Shown: one piece after another, positions 39,160 to 50,050 of the stretch | How the letters are laid out: each line of letters opens with the position of its first letter | Position numbering within the stretch: the first letter of the stretch is position 1 | From: Thermoprotei archaeon | GTDB taxonomy: Archaea; Thermoproteota; Thermoprotei_A; Marsarchaeales; Marsarchaeaceae | DNA: 64,000 bases | NCBI GenBank assembly: GCA_038884175.1 | Contig: JAVZKQ010000001.1 | Span: 19,170 to 83,169 of the forward strand | Reading direction: 5' to 3' | Position numbers and translations under genes: made by a program | Notes under the pieces: model-generated | What the model was told of the DNA's origin: nothing | Database searches by the model: none | The model's input: the letters and a program-made list of their open reading frames with translations, nothing else

Positions 39160-40620
39160 TTAACCCAAAACCACACTCCTAAGCCTGATGTGTGGCGCCC
39201 CAAAATACACTGGTGCACCCTGCATTGGGTCTCCCTTTCCACACATCCCCGCGTAGAATTCTAGGTCTTTGGCGCGCGCATCTATACTCGACCAGTAAGT
39301 GGGTGTGCTTATCTCAAGTATGGGTTTGTTCAATGCACCCTTGATCTCGCCCCCCTCTATTAGGAAGGCCTCTAAACCCACGTAGCGTTGGTTGAGTCTC
39401 TTATCGTCAATATTCCACTCCATAAAACTCTTTATGTAAACCCCTCTATTAGTGTCCTTTAAAAGCTCGCTTGGATCCCAGTCGCCTGGCTCAATATATG
39501 TGTTGGCCATCCTTATAAGCGGCTCTACATTGTATCTCACCGCCCTAGCCGACGCATTGCTCTTAACCCCAAACCTTTTAGCTGTCGCCCTGTTGAGTAG
39601 GAGTTCCGAGACTTGGCCTGCCTGTAGGAGTCTGCGTCTTCTCGCCTTAACCCCTTCGTCGTCGTATAGGTAGAAGCCCATCGAGTTTGGAATCGTTGGG
39701 TCATCTGACACATAAGCTTCGGCGCCCCCAAGCTTGATGTTTGGTTGCTGGGGGTTAAGGTATGATTCGCCCGCTTGGGCTGCCTCCCGCCCAAGTATGC
39801 GGTCCATTTCAAAGGGGTGGCCCACCGACTCGTGGCTTGTCAGGGAGGCCACGTTTGGGCCTAGAATAACGTCCACCTTTTCGCCACGTGGTGGAGTGGT
39901 GGTAGAGGAAAGTGTGTTTGCTATCTCGGCTAGTCTTGTGGAAACGTACTCCACAAGTTTCAAGTTCTCCACAAGCTCGAACCCTCCACTTCCCCCAAGA
40001 CCAGAGTAACCCGGGGGCACCGAAACAGTGATCCTTTCACCATCCTTCAACCCTACAAAAACACTGTGAAAGGAAACCCTGGGCACAACTGAGGACACCT
40101 TTGAACCTTCAGAGTTCATATAGAGCTTGCGTTCGGTGGATAGGTCTATGCGTAGCAGGCGAACTGGGAAACTAATACCCTTAACCTCGTGGTTCGCTGC
40201 TGAGTCGACGTCTCTAAGTAGAGAAACCACGACTTCAGCGGAGAGGTCGCTGAGCGGCTTAACCTCGCTGACGGTCCAATCAGCGTTCACAGTCTCTTCC
40301 TCCGATAAATCGTATTTCTCACCCATATAGCCACTGTTTTTGGCCATCTTTACAGCCGCTTCAACAGCCTCCGCCACGGCCTCTCTCGTTAGAACATTGG
40401 TCGCACCAAAGCCAAGGCATCCGTCGTAGATCACCCGTACACCCACACCACGCGAGTCCACGAGCACGGCTGGCTCAGCCACACCACTTCTCAGAGAGTA
40501 GCCCGTATAGGTGTTGGTGTGAAGCCTTACTTCAGCGTAATCACATCCAAGCTTGGATGCTTGACTAAGGGCTTCTGAACAAATATCCTCATCGAACCGC
40601 TCACTCAAGCCGAATCCCAT
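39160..40620 (-). CDS. tldD: TldD metalloprotease
   Basis: HESVGHPFEMDR, YDDEG, RMANTY, CGKGDPMQ. Confidence 0.9.
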   Translation of the reverse strand: MGFGLSERFDEDICSEALSQASKLGCDYAEVRLHTNTYTGYSLRSGVAEPAVLVDSRGVGVRVIYDGCLGFGATNVLTREAVAEAVEAAVKMAKNSGYMGEKYDLSEEETVNADWTVSEVKPLSDLSAEVVVSLLRDVDSAANHEVKGISFPVRLLRIDLSTERKLYMNSEGSKVSSVVPRVSFHSVFVGLKDGERITVSVPPGYSGLGGSGGFELVENLKLVEYVSTRLAEIANTLSSTTTPPRGEKVDVILGPNVASLTSHESVGHPFEMDRILGREAAQAGESYLNPQQPNIKLGGAEAYVSDDPTIPNSMGFYLYDDEGVKARRRRLLQAGQVSELLLNRATAKRFGVKSNASARAVRYNVEPLIRMANTYIEPGDWDPSELLKDTNRGVYIKSFMEWNIDDKRLNQRYVGLEAFLIEGGEIKGALNKPILEISTPTYWSSIDARAKDLEFYAGMCGKGDPMQGAPVYFGAPHIRLRSVVLG

Positions 40621-40811
40621 AATCAACAACCAACACACATAATTAAGCATACCCATAAGTATATCTATTGTGTGCAGTGCTAGGATAATTGGTGCTTAAC
40701 TGTGTCTCATCGTTCAATGCTAGTAGGTATGAGAGTGTGCACCCACCCTCCTTGGTTAACACTTTTCGGTCTCGACAAACATATATTCGGCCAGAAACCA
40801 TTTTTTGTGCA

Positions 40812-40886
40812 GCCGGGGTCTCCTAGCCTGGCCATGGAGCGAGGCTCATAATCTCGTCCCCGCGGGTTCAAATCCCGCCCCCGGCA
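40812..40886 (+). tRNA. tRNA with CAT anticodon, most likely elongator tRNA-Met, intronless
   Basis: GCCGGGG/CCCCGGC plus A73, anticodon arm CGAGG-CTCATAA-TCTCG, GGGTTCAAATCCC. Confidence 0.85.
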
Positions 40887-41295
40887 TATAACCGAACAAA
40901 TCATACTGCTCTATAAAATGGTTTAGTGAGCTGTGAGCCAGCCGCACTAAATGGTGTGGTTTTCAGATGGTAACCTTAATTGGGCTGTAATGTTTTATTC
41001 TGTTATTACTCTTTGCTAGATAATGGGGCAACCCTGTTTGGTGTCAATCTGGTGTGTATTAGTGGCTAGTGAGTTGATGATGAGGGTACGTTTGTGGTTA
41101 TGCGATTGGGATATGAGGTTATAATAATTCCGGTCCGATGGCATAGGCGTCTGCCAACGAGAATTCGGATTTACCCGTTAACACCCAACATATGTGTGAA
41201 ACCATATGTCTCATTATGTTGGGCAGGCTTCGGCTATTAATAAGGGGGTTGTGGTTAGAGGATCTCTGTGGTGAAGGTAGCGTTGCTGCTACGTC

Positions 41296-42441
41296 TTAAA
41301 CCACCCTGTTCCCCTTTGCTTCCGCTTTACTAGGGTTTTTGTTAAGATTTATTCTGTACACTGTTACTGGGTGCTTTGCTTTGGGGTAGCAGTAGCCTTC
41401 TATAGGGCATAGCCTGGCTGTTTTCAGCGTATCACAGCTTGGGGCGGTGTAAGCTGTGTGTGAACCTATTTCACCGTATATGTGTGCTATGTGGTAGGCC
41501 GCTATACTCTCGTTATAGTCGGATGTTGTTGAGAACGCTTTGAGTGTTTCTTCTTTTGGTGCGCCGATCATTCTCATGAATGCGGCGAACGCGAAGCGTG
41601 CGAAGTGTGGGGGTTCTAGTCCTTTTGACATCTGCGCAATAATCTCCCTCATGCATGGGGGGTACATCTCCGCTTTTCGTGGGAGAACTCCTCCCCCGCC
41701 CAGCTCCTCCCAGCTTTTGGGCACAAGCTTGGATACCTCCGTTTCCAAGCCCTCTACCCAACCAGGTCTTTTGCGTGGACCAGAGGGGGGGCTGAACCGA
41801 AGCTTCTCTTCGAGTATCCTATTGAGCTTGCTAAAACACAGTTGAGATGCAATGAGTGAAGAGGATCTCCCATCCAATATGAGTTTTCCCTTATAGAGGG
41901 GTAGGTCGACAAGTCTTAGACGGTTCCCCCACAAGTTGGGCATACTAAGGAAGTCTGAAAGCTTTACAACGATTTTACCGTCCTCCCCAACCATGTTGGG
42001 AAGCGAAAAATCCACTGATAGCAACTCTGATACTGTCAGTGGCTCCTCTGTTTTGAGTAACTCGCCAGTTCTAATGCTCAGCCAGTTAAAGAACCGTGAG
42101 CCGAGCCGCATCTTTGCGTATTCTGGAAGCCTTGAGTACACTAGGAAATTTATACCTACTAGGTAGGCCAACACCTCGTTTAAAGGGTTGAGATAATCGA
42201 CCGTGAACTCAACGTATTCTGGATCTGGGTTATCAGTAGAAAACCTCTCCAAAACCCTCTTTAACATTTCTTCATCCAGGGTGTAATTATCCAAATTTTC
42301 GATTCCGAGCTCTTCCACAACCTTTGAGCCCCAATGGCTATAAGGATATCTCGCCGCAAGCTCCTGTTCGCTCGCACCACGCCTGCTCGCTCTAGCAGCC
42401 CAGGGACTCAGTTTCCACACACCCACAACCCATAATTGCAA
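41296..42441 (-). CDS. priL: DNA primase large subunit
   Basis: ARYPY, MYPPCM, HFARFAFAAF, YHIAHIYG, YTAPSCDTL...LC....C..KHP (Fe-S Cys pattern); exact start uncertain. Confidence 0.9.
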   Translation of the reverse strand: MQLWVVGVWKLSPWAARASRRGASEQELAARYPYSHWGSKVVEELGIENLDNYTLDEEMLKRVLERFSTDNPDPEYVEFTVDYLNPLNEVLAYLVGINFLVYSRLPEYAKMRLGSRFFNWLSIRTGELLKTEEPLTVSELLSVDFSLPNMVGEDGKIVVKLSDFLSMPNLWGNRLRLVDLPLYKGKLILDGRSSSLIASQLCFSKLNRILEEKLRFSPPSGPRKRPGWVEGLETEVSKLVPKSWEELGGGGVLPRKAEMYPPCMREIIAQMSKGLEPPHFARFAFAAFMRMIGAPKEETLKAFSTTSDYNESIAAYHIAHIYGEIGSHTAYTAPSCDTLKTARLCPIEGYCYPKAKHPVTVYRINLNKNPSKAEAKGNRVV

Positions 42442-42797
42442 CCCAAGATTTTAGCTCTTGGATAATCCAAACTAAAAACCGACAAACATAGTTCGACACG
42501 TGTGGTCGTGTGATGTCTTAACCCATAACCAAAAAGCATAAAAACTGACTTCCACCACGCAAACGAAGAATATATGGCAGCGGTAAGTCTTGGGAGTATC
42601 CACAAGCGTCGTCATGACCTCTATGTTCTGATTTCGATTTAAAGCAGGAATAGAGGTGTAAAGTTGTTGAAACCTCCCAGTGATTGGGAAAACCCACAAT
42701 TTGCGTATGGGAGCTATGCGTCTTGGCTGGTTTCGTATTGTAAACGCCATGTTGGCTCCGTGTAATATTTGCGCAAACCTTAAACCGATGGATCTGT

Positions 42798-43286
42798 TTG
42801 TGTTTTGGGTTGAGTGAACAATTCAATGCGGCTTTGGCCGTCGTGATTTCCAGTGAAAGAGAGGTGCTCTTGATTAGACGTGCTGAGCGTGAGGGTGATC
42901 CGTGGTCGGGTCAAGTGGCCTTCCCGGGTGGTAGGCTTAAGCAAGGGGAGACCCCCCTTGGTTGCGCGCTTAGGGAGTTTGAGGAGGAGGTAGGTGTTCC
43001 TTCCACGTTCCTCAGACTTCTTTTCGACTTGGATGTTGTCTCCCCTTCGAACCAGAAGGATTTGAAAGTTAAGCCATTTGTCTTCTCGTCATCAGCGAAG
43101 TTTCAACCGAAACCCAATCGTAGCGAGGTCTCTGAGGCCCGCTGGTTTCCGCTGAATAAGTTTGAAAAAAGCTATTTTAATGTGAATGGTAGGGATTTTG
43201 AAGCGTACCTAGTGGACAACTGGGTTGTGTGGGGGATGAGTAAGCGTGTGTTGGACACGCTGTTTAAAACCCTCAAGAGTGTTTAA
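42798..43286 (+). CDS. NUDIX CoA pyrophosphatase-like
   Basis: RAEREGDPWSGQVAFPGG, ALREFEEEVG, VWGMS. Confidence 0.88.
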   Translation: MCFGLSEQFNAALAVVISSEREVLLIRRAEREGDPWSGQVAFPGGRLKQGETPLGCALREFEEEVGVPSTFLRLLFDLDVVSPSNQKDLKVKPFVFSSSAKFQPKPNRSEVSEARWFPLNKFEKSYFNVNGRDFEAYLVDNWVVWGMSKRVLDTLFKTLKSV

Positions 43287-43510
43287 CCGCCTCCCATAAT
43301 GGGTTTTGGCGTTTAGCGGCGTTTTAGATTCAAACAATGATGGTTAATATTGGAGTGTTCTGTTTAAATGAGATAGCTACATTGTGGATGCGAAAAAGTA
43401 ATATCTGCATACGACGTTATCTCTACCATGGGTTCTGAATGGTTTTTTACAGCCCAGCTTAGAGCTGGTTGCTCGCTATCTTGGGGTAGTTGGGGTTGGT
43501 GATCGTTTAG

Positions 43511-45019
43511 TTGGTTAGTGTTTCGATCTCTGAGATAGAGGATATAGTGTACAAGGATGTTAGGTTAACTCAAGGGTCTGCTCCACGCTTCTATATTGAC
43601 GGTGAAGAGGTTGATATATGGTCTGATGAGTTGAGTTTCTACCACACGTGGACCACAATAGACTATGTTAGGCACTCTATTAAAGAGGCGGAAAAGAATG
43701 GTTTCGATGTTTTCCCAGAGATTGTGGGTAAACCCCTTGAAAAGGAACTCGTCAAGAACGCGTTGTTCAGCGGATCACCCATACTTTTCAAGGGTGACCG
43801 AGGCTTTGGTAAGACGACTTTTTCAAAGGCTGTGACTAAACTTTTACCCCCAAAGCTCTTGGCGGTTAGGGATTGCCGGATTCACGATGACCCTGTGCAC
43901 CCGTCTTGCTTCTCGTGTAAGTGGAAGGTGACCCACTTGGAGCGTGTTGAACTAAGCTGGGTTCCGCGAATATGGGTAAGGATCCCGGGTGACCCGATGC
44001 TCACCACCCGCCAACTTATTGGGGGCGTTTCAATACAGAAGCTTAGGGAGGGGTTTGATATCGACCATCCTGAGGTCTTTATACCTGGAAGGGCTCTTAA
44101 GGCAAATCGCGGTGTTGGTTATTTTGACGAATTGGGCGCCATACCCTCATCGCTTCAGACTATGCTACATGAGCTCTTTGAGGAGAGGCAGGTTACCACA
44201 AGTGAGGGGGATATTATCCCCATGCGCTTAGACTCGATAGAAATAGCTTCAACTAACCCATCCAACTATCGTGGCACCTCGGCTATAAAGGAGCCATTGC
44301 TCGACAGGATGGAGGTGATAGAGATTGGTCCACCTGAAACAGTCGAGGAAGAGATTGAGATAGCGTTGCGCAACATGTATTACACCCGTAGATTTGGTAA
44401 GAGGCCGCCCATACCTGTTTGGCACCAGCGTATTCTCGCCCAGATAGTTAGGGTTGGTAGGTCTAACTCTAAGGGGAAGGTCCAACTCACCGCTGAGCTT
44501 TCTTGTAGGGCCACGATTAAGGTGTTCGATCACGTGTACTCTAAGGTTGAGCGTAGGGGTGGAACTGTTCCGATGCTAGTGGATTATGGTGAGAACTATG
44601 AGATGATTAGACTCGCGTTGAATGGTAGGGTTGAGTTCGAGTTTGGTTCGCGCATGTCGAAGAATGACTTCATAAACTACCTGATTAACGAGGCAATGAA
44701 GGCTGAGTGTAAACACGTATATGACGAATATCTTCCACAAGAAAATTTCGATGCCTTCGTTAAGGAACTTAGATCTCTCGGTGAAAAGGTTCAGGGAGGC
44801 TGGAGAATCAATATATCGCCCGGGTTAGAAGCCAAGGCGTCCAGGCTACCTCTTCTATCCGTTGTGATAAAGAAGATGGGCGCCCAAGACAGTGAGACTA
44901 AGCTTTCAGCGTTAGAAGTTATACTAAACTCCCTCTCGCTTTGCTCGGATGTTGTATCGAGGGTTGACCATTCCTATGTTGTAAGGGAGGCTGGTGAGCG
45001 TGGAGAAGCCGCCGTGTAG
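43511..45019 (+). CDS. AAA+ ATPase, Mg-chelatase ChlI/MoxR-like
   Basis: GDRGFGKT, CRIHDDP...CFSC, KANRGVGYFDEL, STNP, PLLDRM. Confidence 0.85.
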   Translation: MVSVSISEIEDIVYKDVRLTQGSAPRFYIDGEEVDIWSDELSFYHTWTTIDYVRHSIKEAEKNGFDVFPEIVGKPLEKELVKNALFSGSPILFKGDRGFGKTTFSKAVTKLLPPKLLAVRDCRIHDDPVHPSCFSCKWKVTHLERVELSWVPRIWVRIPGDPMLTTRQLIGGVSIQKLREGFDIDHPEVFIPGRALKANRGVGYFDELGAIPSSLQTMLHELFEERQVTTSEGDIIPMRLDSIEIASTNPSNYRGTSAIKEPLLDRMEVIEIGPPETVEEEIEIALRNMYYTRRFGKRPPIPVWHQRILAQIVRVGRSNSKGKVQLTAELSCRATIKVFDHVYSKVERRGGTVPMLVDYGENYEMIRLALNGRVEFEFGSRMSKNDFINYLINEAMKAECKHVYDEYLPQENFDAFVKELRSLGEKVQGGWRINISPGLEAKASRLPLLSVVIKKMGAQDSETKLSALEVILNSLSLCSDVVSRVDHSYVVREAGERGEAAV

Positions 45020-46301
45020 GTTTGATTCCCAGTCTGCCGACGACTTTACCTCATTTTTTGGGCAGGATATGGTGGAGGAATTACTGTATTCAATGTTTAA
45101 CCCCGAAGGGATGGAGAGTACAACACAAGACATGGATAATGACGACCTGGATAGGCTGATTGAGGAGCAGATGGCGAAGTGGGAGGAAATTAGGGAAGGG
45201 GTCGAACAGAGGCTTTCGGTTAACAAACAGAACTGGATGTACAGGGATTGGCTTGAAGAGAAAATGAAACGCGAATTTGTTAGAAGGAACGCATGGCAGG
45301 AACTGGTTGAAGCAATAAAACAGGGTAAACTGGATCCTAAAAGTATACCATTAAACAAGCTCACACAGATGTTCGCATCAGAAATCGCAAAAGGTTTAGA
45401 GAAAGAAGGCTACTTAGAGCTCAGAAACTTCTGGGACAGCCAGCGTGGGGGCTACACGCTTGGGTGGTTCGAATTCACGGCGGCGGGTGAGAGGATTATC
45501 GCGAGAAAGGTGTTGGAGGAGGTGCTCGAAAACCTTATGATACCGTGTATTGAGTATGGCGATGAGCAGAGGGGTCTTGGTGTCAACCCTTCCGACAGCA
45601 TAATGGAGTACGATGAATTCCTTCACCACTATGATCTTATCGATGTGTACGAGACCATGCTTAGCGCCAGCCTAAGACGAACGAACACAATTTTCGACGC
45701 TGAAGATATCAAGGTTAGGGTCCCCTCCAGTCGCTACTCCTCCTCCAACGTTATACTCATAGACTCCTCAAACTCGATGTACGGTCCAAAGTTTAGGGGT
45801 GCCATCACGGCCGCACTCGCCTTTAAAAGACTTCTTGAGGAGTACTTTAAAGACGATGAGCTCTACGTTGTCGCATACGACGACGAGCCAGTCCTGGTAA
45901 AGGAGGGTGAGATCCTTAGGCTTAGACCCCAGGGCAACACTGATATTGGGTCGGCGATCGACTTTGCAGTGGAGCTCCTAAAGAGATGTGAAGGCAACAG
46001 GAACATTTTCCTCATAACGGATGGTGAGCCAACAAGCTCGTGTTACACGGAGCTCAACCCTGAAGAAAACGCGTATAGGGCGGCCCGCAGGGCTGGGTTA
46101 GAAGAGGTGAACCTAAACATTGTTCTGCTTGACCAGAAACCCGAGCTACGCGCTATAGCGGATAACATGGCGAGGATCAACGGTAGATCCACTGTCACAT
46201 ATGTTGGAGACCCACAGCGCCTCAAGGACTTTTTTGTAAGGAACTATATGGCTCAAAGGGGAGTGGGTGTAAAGAGGCTTACACGTAGAGGCCTTGTCTA
46301 A
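44994..46301 (+). CDS. von Willebrand factor A domain protein
   Basis: MIDAS DSSNSM, GNTDI, LITDGEPT; overlaps the AAA gene. Confidence 0.87.
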   Translation: MSVEKPPCRFDSQSADDFTSFFGQDMVEELLYSMFNPEGMESTTQDMDNDDLDRLIEEQMAKWEEIREGVEQRLSVNKQNWMYRDWLEEKMKREFVRRNAWQELVEAIKQGKLDPKSIPLNKLTQMFASEIAKGLEKEGYLELRNFWDSQRGGYTLGWFEFTAAGERIIARKVLEEVLENLMIPCIEYGDEQRGLGVNPSDSIMEYDEFLHHYDLIDVYETMLSASLRRTNTIFDAEDIKVRVPSSRYSSSNVILIDSSNSMYGPKFRGAITAALAFKRLLEEYFKDDELYVVAYDDEPVLVKEGEILRLRPQGNTDIGSAIDFAVELLKRCEGNRNIFLITDGEPTSSCYTELNPEENAYRAARRAGLEEVNLNIVLLDQKPELRAIADNMARINGRSTVTYVGDPQRLKDFFVRNYMAQRGVGVKRLTRRGLV

Positions 46302-48079
46302 CCCTCGTCAACCGCTGTTTGATACTTGTACATACTCATTAGTTTCGGGTTATCTTGAAGCACTTTGAGCGGTGGTCCTTGTGTTACAACCCTCCCATCA
46401 TTTAGATAGACAACACTATCACACAGCATTATCGTTGATAACCTATGCGCAACTATGAGCACGCTCCTACTTTGCATGAGTTTCATAACGGCTTGCTGTA
46501 CCACCCTTTCTGTGTGTGGGTCTAGCTGTGAGGTCGCCTCGTCCAAAATTAGCATCGCGGGCTGTTTTACTATAGCCCTCGCAAGCCCGATTAGCTGCTT
46601 TTGCCCCTCAGATATGTTTGAGCCGCGCTCGGAGAGCCTCGTAGAGTACCCCTCTGATAGCTTTGAGAGGATGGGGTCCAAACCATATTCAACCATTAGA
46701 CGTTTTATCTCGTCTTCTGTTAGCGCAGGGTTACCGAGGCGTATGTTGTCCATCACGCTACCCTCAAAGAGGATGCTTTCTTGGAAGACTACGGCAACAT
46801 GCTCCCTAAAGCTCTTCGCATCAATTTGTGTTATGTCAATGCCATCCACTAGCACACGTCCCGCTGACGGTTCATAGAACTTCAGAAGAATGTTCACAAC
46901 TGTGGTCTTACCGGCTCCAGTGGGACCTATTAGCGCCACCTTTGAGCCGGCCGGTATAATGAATGAGACACCGTGAAGAACTTCTCTGCCGTCGTATCCA
47001 AACCTAACATCAACGAATTCTACTTGGCCTTTTAGACGCCGAACCCTTAGCAAGTTCGGTTTGGGTGTCACTTTTTCACCCTCGTCTATAAGCCTGTACA
47101 CCCTGTCGAGGCCGGTCATCGCCGATTGATATGAATTATAGAATAGGGATAGCTGAAGCACTGGGTTGAAGAAGTTTTGAACGTACAGTACGAATGAAAC
47201 TAGTATGCCAACGGTAATTGTTGAGGCCAGAACCTGTTTTGCCCCAAAGAATAGCACTATGGCTATTCCAATGGCTTCGATTATCTGAACCATACTGTTG
47301 TAAAACGCCGACAACTTGGATGCCTTCAGGTTAACCTCTAGGTTCTCAGAGTTAACCTTGTCGAATCTCCTCGCTTCCTCCTCTTCACGAGCAAAGCTCT
47401 TCACAACCTTAACACCCCCAACCACCTCTTGGAAGTTCGCGGTCACGGCAGCAATCTTTCTACGCGTCTCAAAAAACCTTTCACGAACCCTCCTCTGCAT
47501 CAAAGCTGAAAACACTGCCAACACCGGGATGATGGTAAGCGACACAAGGGTTAGGCTTGGGTCAAGGTAGACCATCACACCTATGGAGCCAACTATCGCC
47601 GTTAGCCCAGCTAGCACCTGAGGCAGTTGGAACGTTAGAAAGTCGCTTAGCGCCTCCGCGTCATTGGTGACATTGCTGATTATTCTCCCACTCGGCTTCT
47701 TCGTGTAAAATGATGCCTCAACCTTCTGGATGCTGTCAAAGCACATGTCTCTTAGGTCCTTTATAACCCTCTGTGCGAGGACGGGCATAAGATAGGTTCT
47801 TCTACCCTCAAACACATAGTTAAAGATGTACAGCGCGGCGTAGAGCCCCGAAAAGAAGTAGACGTCGTGTATGTTTCTCCCGAGTATGCCGTTTACGGCA
47901 AGCCCCAAAACATAGGGGGACGTCATACTCACAGCTGTGCTCACAAATATTGTTATCGCAACGAGCACAACATCCTTCTTATACCTTAAAAGGTGTTGTA
48001 AGAGTCTTCTAGCCTTGGCGAAGTCGCCCATATACTGCTTTTCGTTGTCCTTCTCGACGTATGGCCCCATCCAACCCAT
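46298..48079 (-). CDS. ABC exporter half-transporter (TMD+NBD), heterodimer subunit
   Basis: GPTGAGKT, degenerate signature ISEGQ, canonical LDEAT, AHRLST. Confidence 0.92.
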   Translation of the reverse strand: MGWMGPYVEKDNEKQYMGDFAKARRLLQHLLRYKKDVVLVAITIFVSTAVSMTSPYVLGLAVNGILGRNIHDVYFFSGLYAALYIFNYVFEGRRTYLMPVLAQRVIKDLRDMCFDSIQKVEASFYTKKPSGRIISNVTNDAEALSDFLTFQLPQVLAGLTAIVGSIGVMVYLDPSLTLVSLTIIPVLAVFSALMQRRVRERFFETRRKIAAVTANFQEVVGGVKVVKSFAREEEEARRFDKVNSENLEVNLKASKLSAFYNSMVQIIEAIGIAIVLFFGAKQVLASTITVGILVSFVLYVQNFFNPVLQLSLFYNSYQSAMTGLDRVYRLIDEGEKVTPKPNLLRVRRLKGQVEFVDVRFGYDGREVLHGVSFIIPAGSKVALIGPTGAGKTTVVNILLKFYEPSAGRVLVDGIDITQIDAKSFREHVAVVFQESILFEGSVMDNIRLGNPALTEDEIKRLMVEYGLDPILSKLSEGYSTRLSERGSNISEGQKQLIGLARAIVKQPAMLILDEATSQLDPHTERVVQQAVMKLMQSRSVLIVAHRLSTIMLCDSVVYLNDGRVVTQGPPLKVLQDNPKLMSMYKYQTAVDEG

Positions 48080-48088
48080 TCAGTCCAC

Positions 48089-49810
48089 CTACCCAGCGAC
48101 CTGTTGCTTAGTAGAGAACAGACGGGACAATTCGCCGTTCGCCTTAAGGAGAGTGTTTAAGTCGCCATCCTCCACAACTGCACCATCTTTTATTACAACT
48201 ACCCTGTTCGCATAGTTAAGCATCGATAGCCTATGTGTCACAAGTAGCACCGTGCAACCCTTGAAGACGTACTTGAGGGCGTCCTTTATCGCCATCTCGG
48301 TTTCCGCGTCGAGGTTTGATGTTGGATCGTCGAGTATGAGTATTCTGGGCTTGGATAGTATGGCTCTCGCTATGGCCACACGCTGCCTCTGGCCTCCTGA
48401 CAGGGTGATTCCCCTCTCACCCACAATTGTTGAGTAACCATCGGGTAGATTCGCTATAAACTCGTCAAGTCTTGCCACCCTTACGGCCTCCCTGACATCC
48501 TCGGGCTTAGGGTTGCGTGCTCCTAAAGCGATATTGTCATAAATCGTCCCACTAAAGAGTACTATATCTTGGGACACATATCCAATCCTTTTCCTAAGCG
48601 ACTTTGTGTTATACTCTTTGACGTCAACCCCGTCGATGAGCACCCTACCCTTATCTGGGTCGTAGAAGCGTGGTACAAGCTGCACAAGGCTTGACTTGCC
48701 TGAACCAGACTCCCCCACTATGCCCACAGCTTCCCCAGGCGCCACCCTGAGGTTCACGCCTCTTAGAACCCATGTTCCACGTTGGCTTAACCAAACATCT
48801 TCAAACACTACCTCACCCATTATGTTGTCTGCGCTGATACCAGCATTATTCTCGTTCACATCGTTTTTTGTGTGCATAACGCCTATCAGCCTCCTCATGC
48901 CAGCCATAGCGTTTTCGTAGAGCACCACGAGTTGGCCGAAAAATCTTATGGATGGAAGCATAAGCGTATATACGTAGACAGCGGACTCAATCGAGCCTAT
49001 CGTGAGACCACCAGAGGTGTAACCAAAGTTTCCATACACTAGAAGTGAAGCGATAGCTAAGCTTACCACAAGACTAAGAAGTGGGTTGATTATTGAACGT
49101 ATGCGGGAAACCCCGACGTAGTTTTCAAGGTAGTCTTGTGTGAGCGATCTAAATACCCTTGACTGTTCTTCTTCCGCGTTGTACGCCCTCACAACCTTGT
49201 ACCCAAGAATGTTCTGTTGTAGCCACGAAGTCATAGCTCCATACTTTAACCTAATCTTGTCCCATAACGGCTCCTGTTTCACGGCCAAAATAATTGTGAG
49301 CATCAAAAGTATGGGTACAGTTCCCAAAAATATTAAAACAAATTTGAAGTTGATTGTGAAAAGGGTGTACACCGCTAAAACCAATAGGAAACTCGTAGTG
49401 AGTAGCTGGGGAAGACCGATACCGAGGAATCTCCTTATTGCTTCAACATCCATTGTCGACCTACTTGTGAGGTCGCCGCTAGAAACCGAATCATAAAAAC
49501 GGAAGTTTTTCGAAATAACTGATGAGAAAAGATCCCTCCGCAGGTCGTAAGCAATCTTCTGCGCTATCCACTGGCCGCCATAACTCACCGAGAATTGAAA
49601 TGCGGCCGACACAGCTGTTACCCCTATTATCATAAGGGCAAAATTGAGCAGGCTCGCCCTCCCCCCACCTACGGCGGCATTAACAGCGTCACCCAAAAGC
49701 ACTGCCACGTATAGTCTAAGCTCGGTTGACAAGTAGGCGGCTACCACGATGCCCAGTATAACATACCAGTATGCCGCGAGATAATCTAAAAAAACCTTTA
49801 GTGGCTTCAA
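48089..49810 (-). CDS. ABC exporter half-transporter (TMD+NBD), heterodimer subunit
   Basis: GESGSGKS, canonical LSGGQ, degenerate Walker B LDDPT; asymmetry as in TM287/288-type exporters. Confidence 0.92.
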   Translation of the reverse strand: MKPLKVFLDYLAAYWYVILGIVVAAYLSTELRLYVAVLLGDAVNAAVGGGRASLLNFALMIIGVTAVSAAFQFSVSYGGQWIAQKIAYDLRRDLFSSVISKNFRFYDSVSSGDLTSRSTMDVEAIRRFLGIGLPQLLTTSFLLVLAVYTLFTINFKFVLIFLGTVPILLMLTIILAVKQEPLWDKIRLKYGAMTSWLQQNILGYKVVRAYNAEEEQSRVFRSLTQDYLENYVGVSRIRSIINPLLSLVVSLAIASLLVYGNFGYTSGGLTIGSIESAVYVYTLMLPSIRFFGQLVVLYENAMAGMRRLIGVMHTKNDVNENNAGISADNIMGEVVFEDVWLSQRGTWVLRGVNLRVAPGEAVGIVGESGSGKSSLVQLVPRFYDPDKGRVLIDGVDVKEYNTKSLRKRIGYVSQDIVLFSGTIYDNIALGARNPKPEDVREAVRVARLDEFIANLPDGYSTIVGERGITLSGGQRQRVAIARAILSKPRILILDDPTSNLDAETEMAIKDALKYVFKGCTVLLVTHRLSMLNYANRVVVIKDGAVVEDGDLNTLLKANGELSRLFSTKQQVAG

Positions 49811-50050
49811 AAAAACACCGTTAAGAATTTTTACGTTGAGTTATTTTAAGGTTTTTGCCTAAAAATTGGTTGAAGGAGACCAAAACCGTTAAATAAACTT
49901 TTAATACAAATTATAAATGGCTTTACAGTACATGTTTCTTAGTATACCCTACATTAGCCTAACATTTTTGGCAAATCGGTTATAGGGTATAAGCCGGGTA
50001 TTTAGCTCTTTGTACTATGCAAAGTTTATTTTAGCCGTGGGAATAGGAAT

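Noticed and set aside
30987-40886. Region between the two tRNAs as an integrated element
   Set aside because: Both tRNA 3' ends point outward, no duplicated tRNA end or integrase was seen, and housekeeping tldD/tldE lie inside.
42472-42826. Short overlapping minus-strand ORFs upstream of priL
   Set aside because: No recognisable motifs and mutually overlapping; likely spurious.
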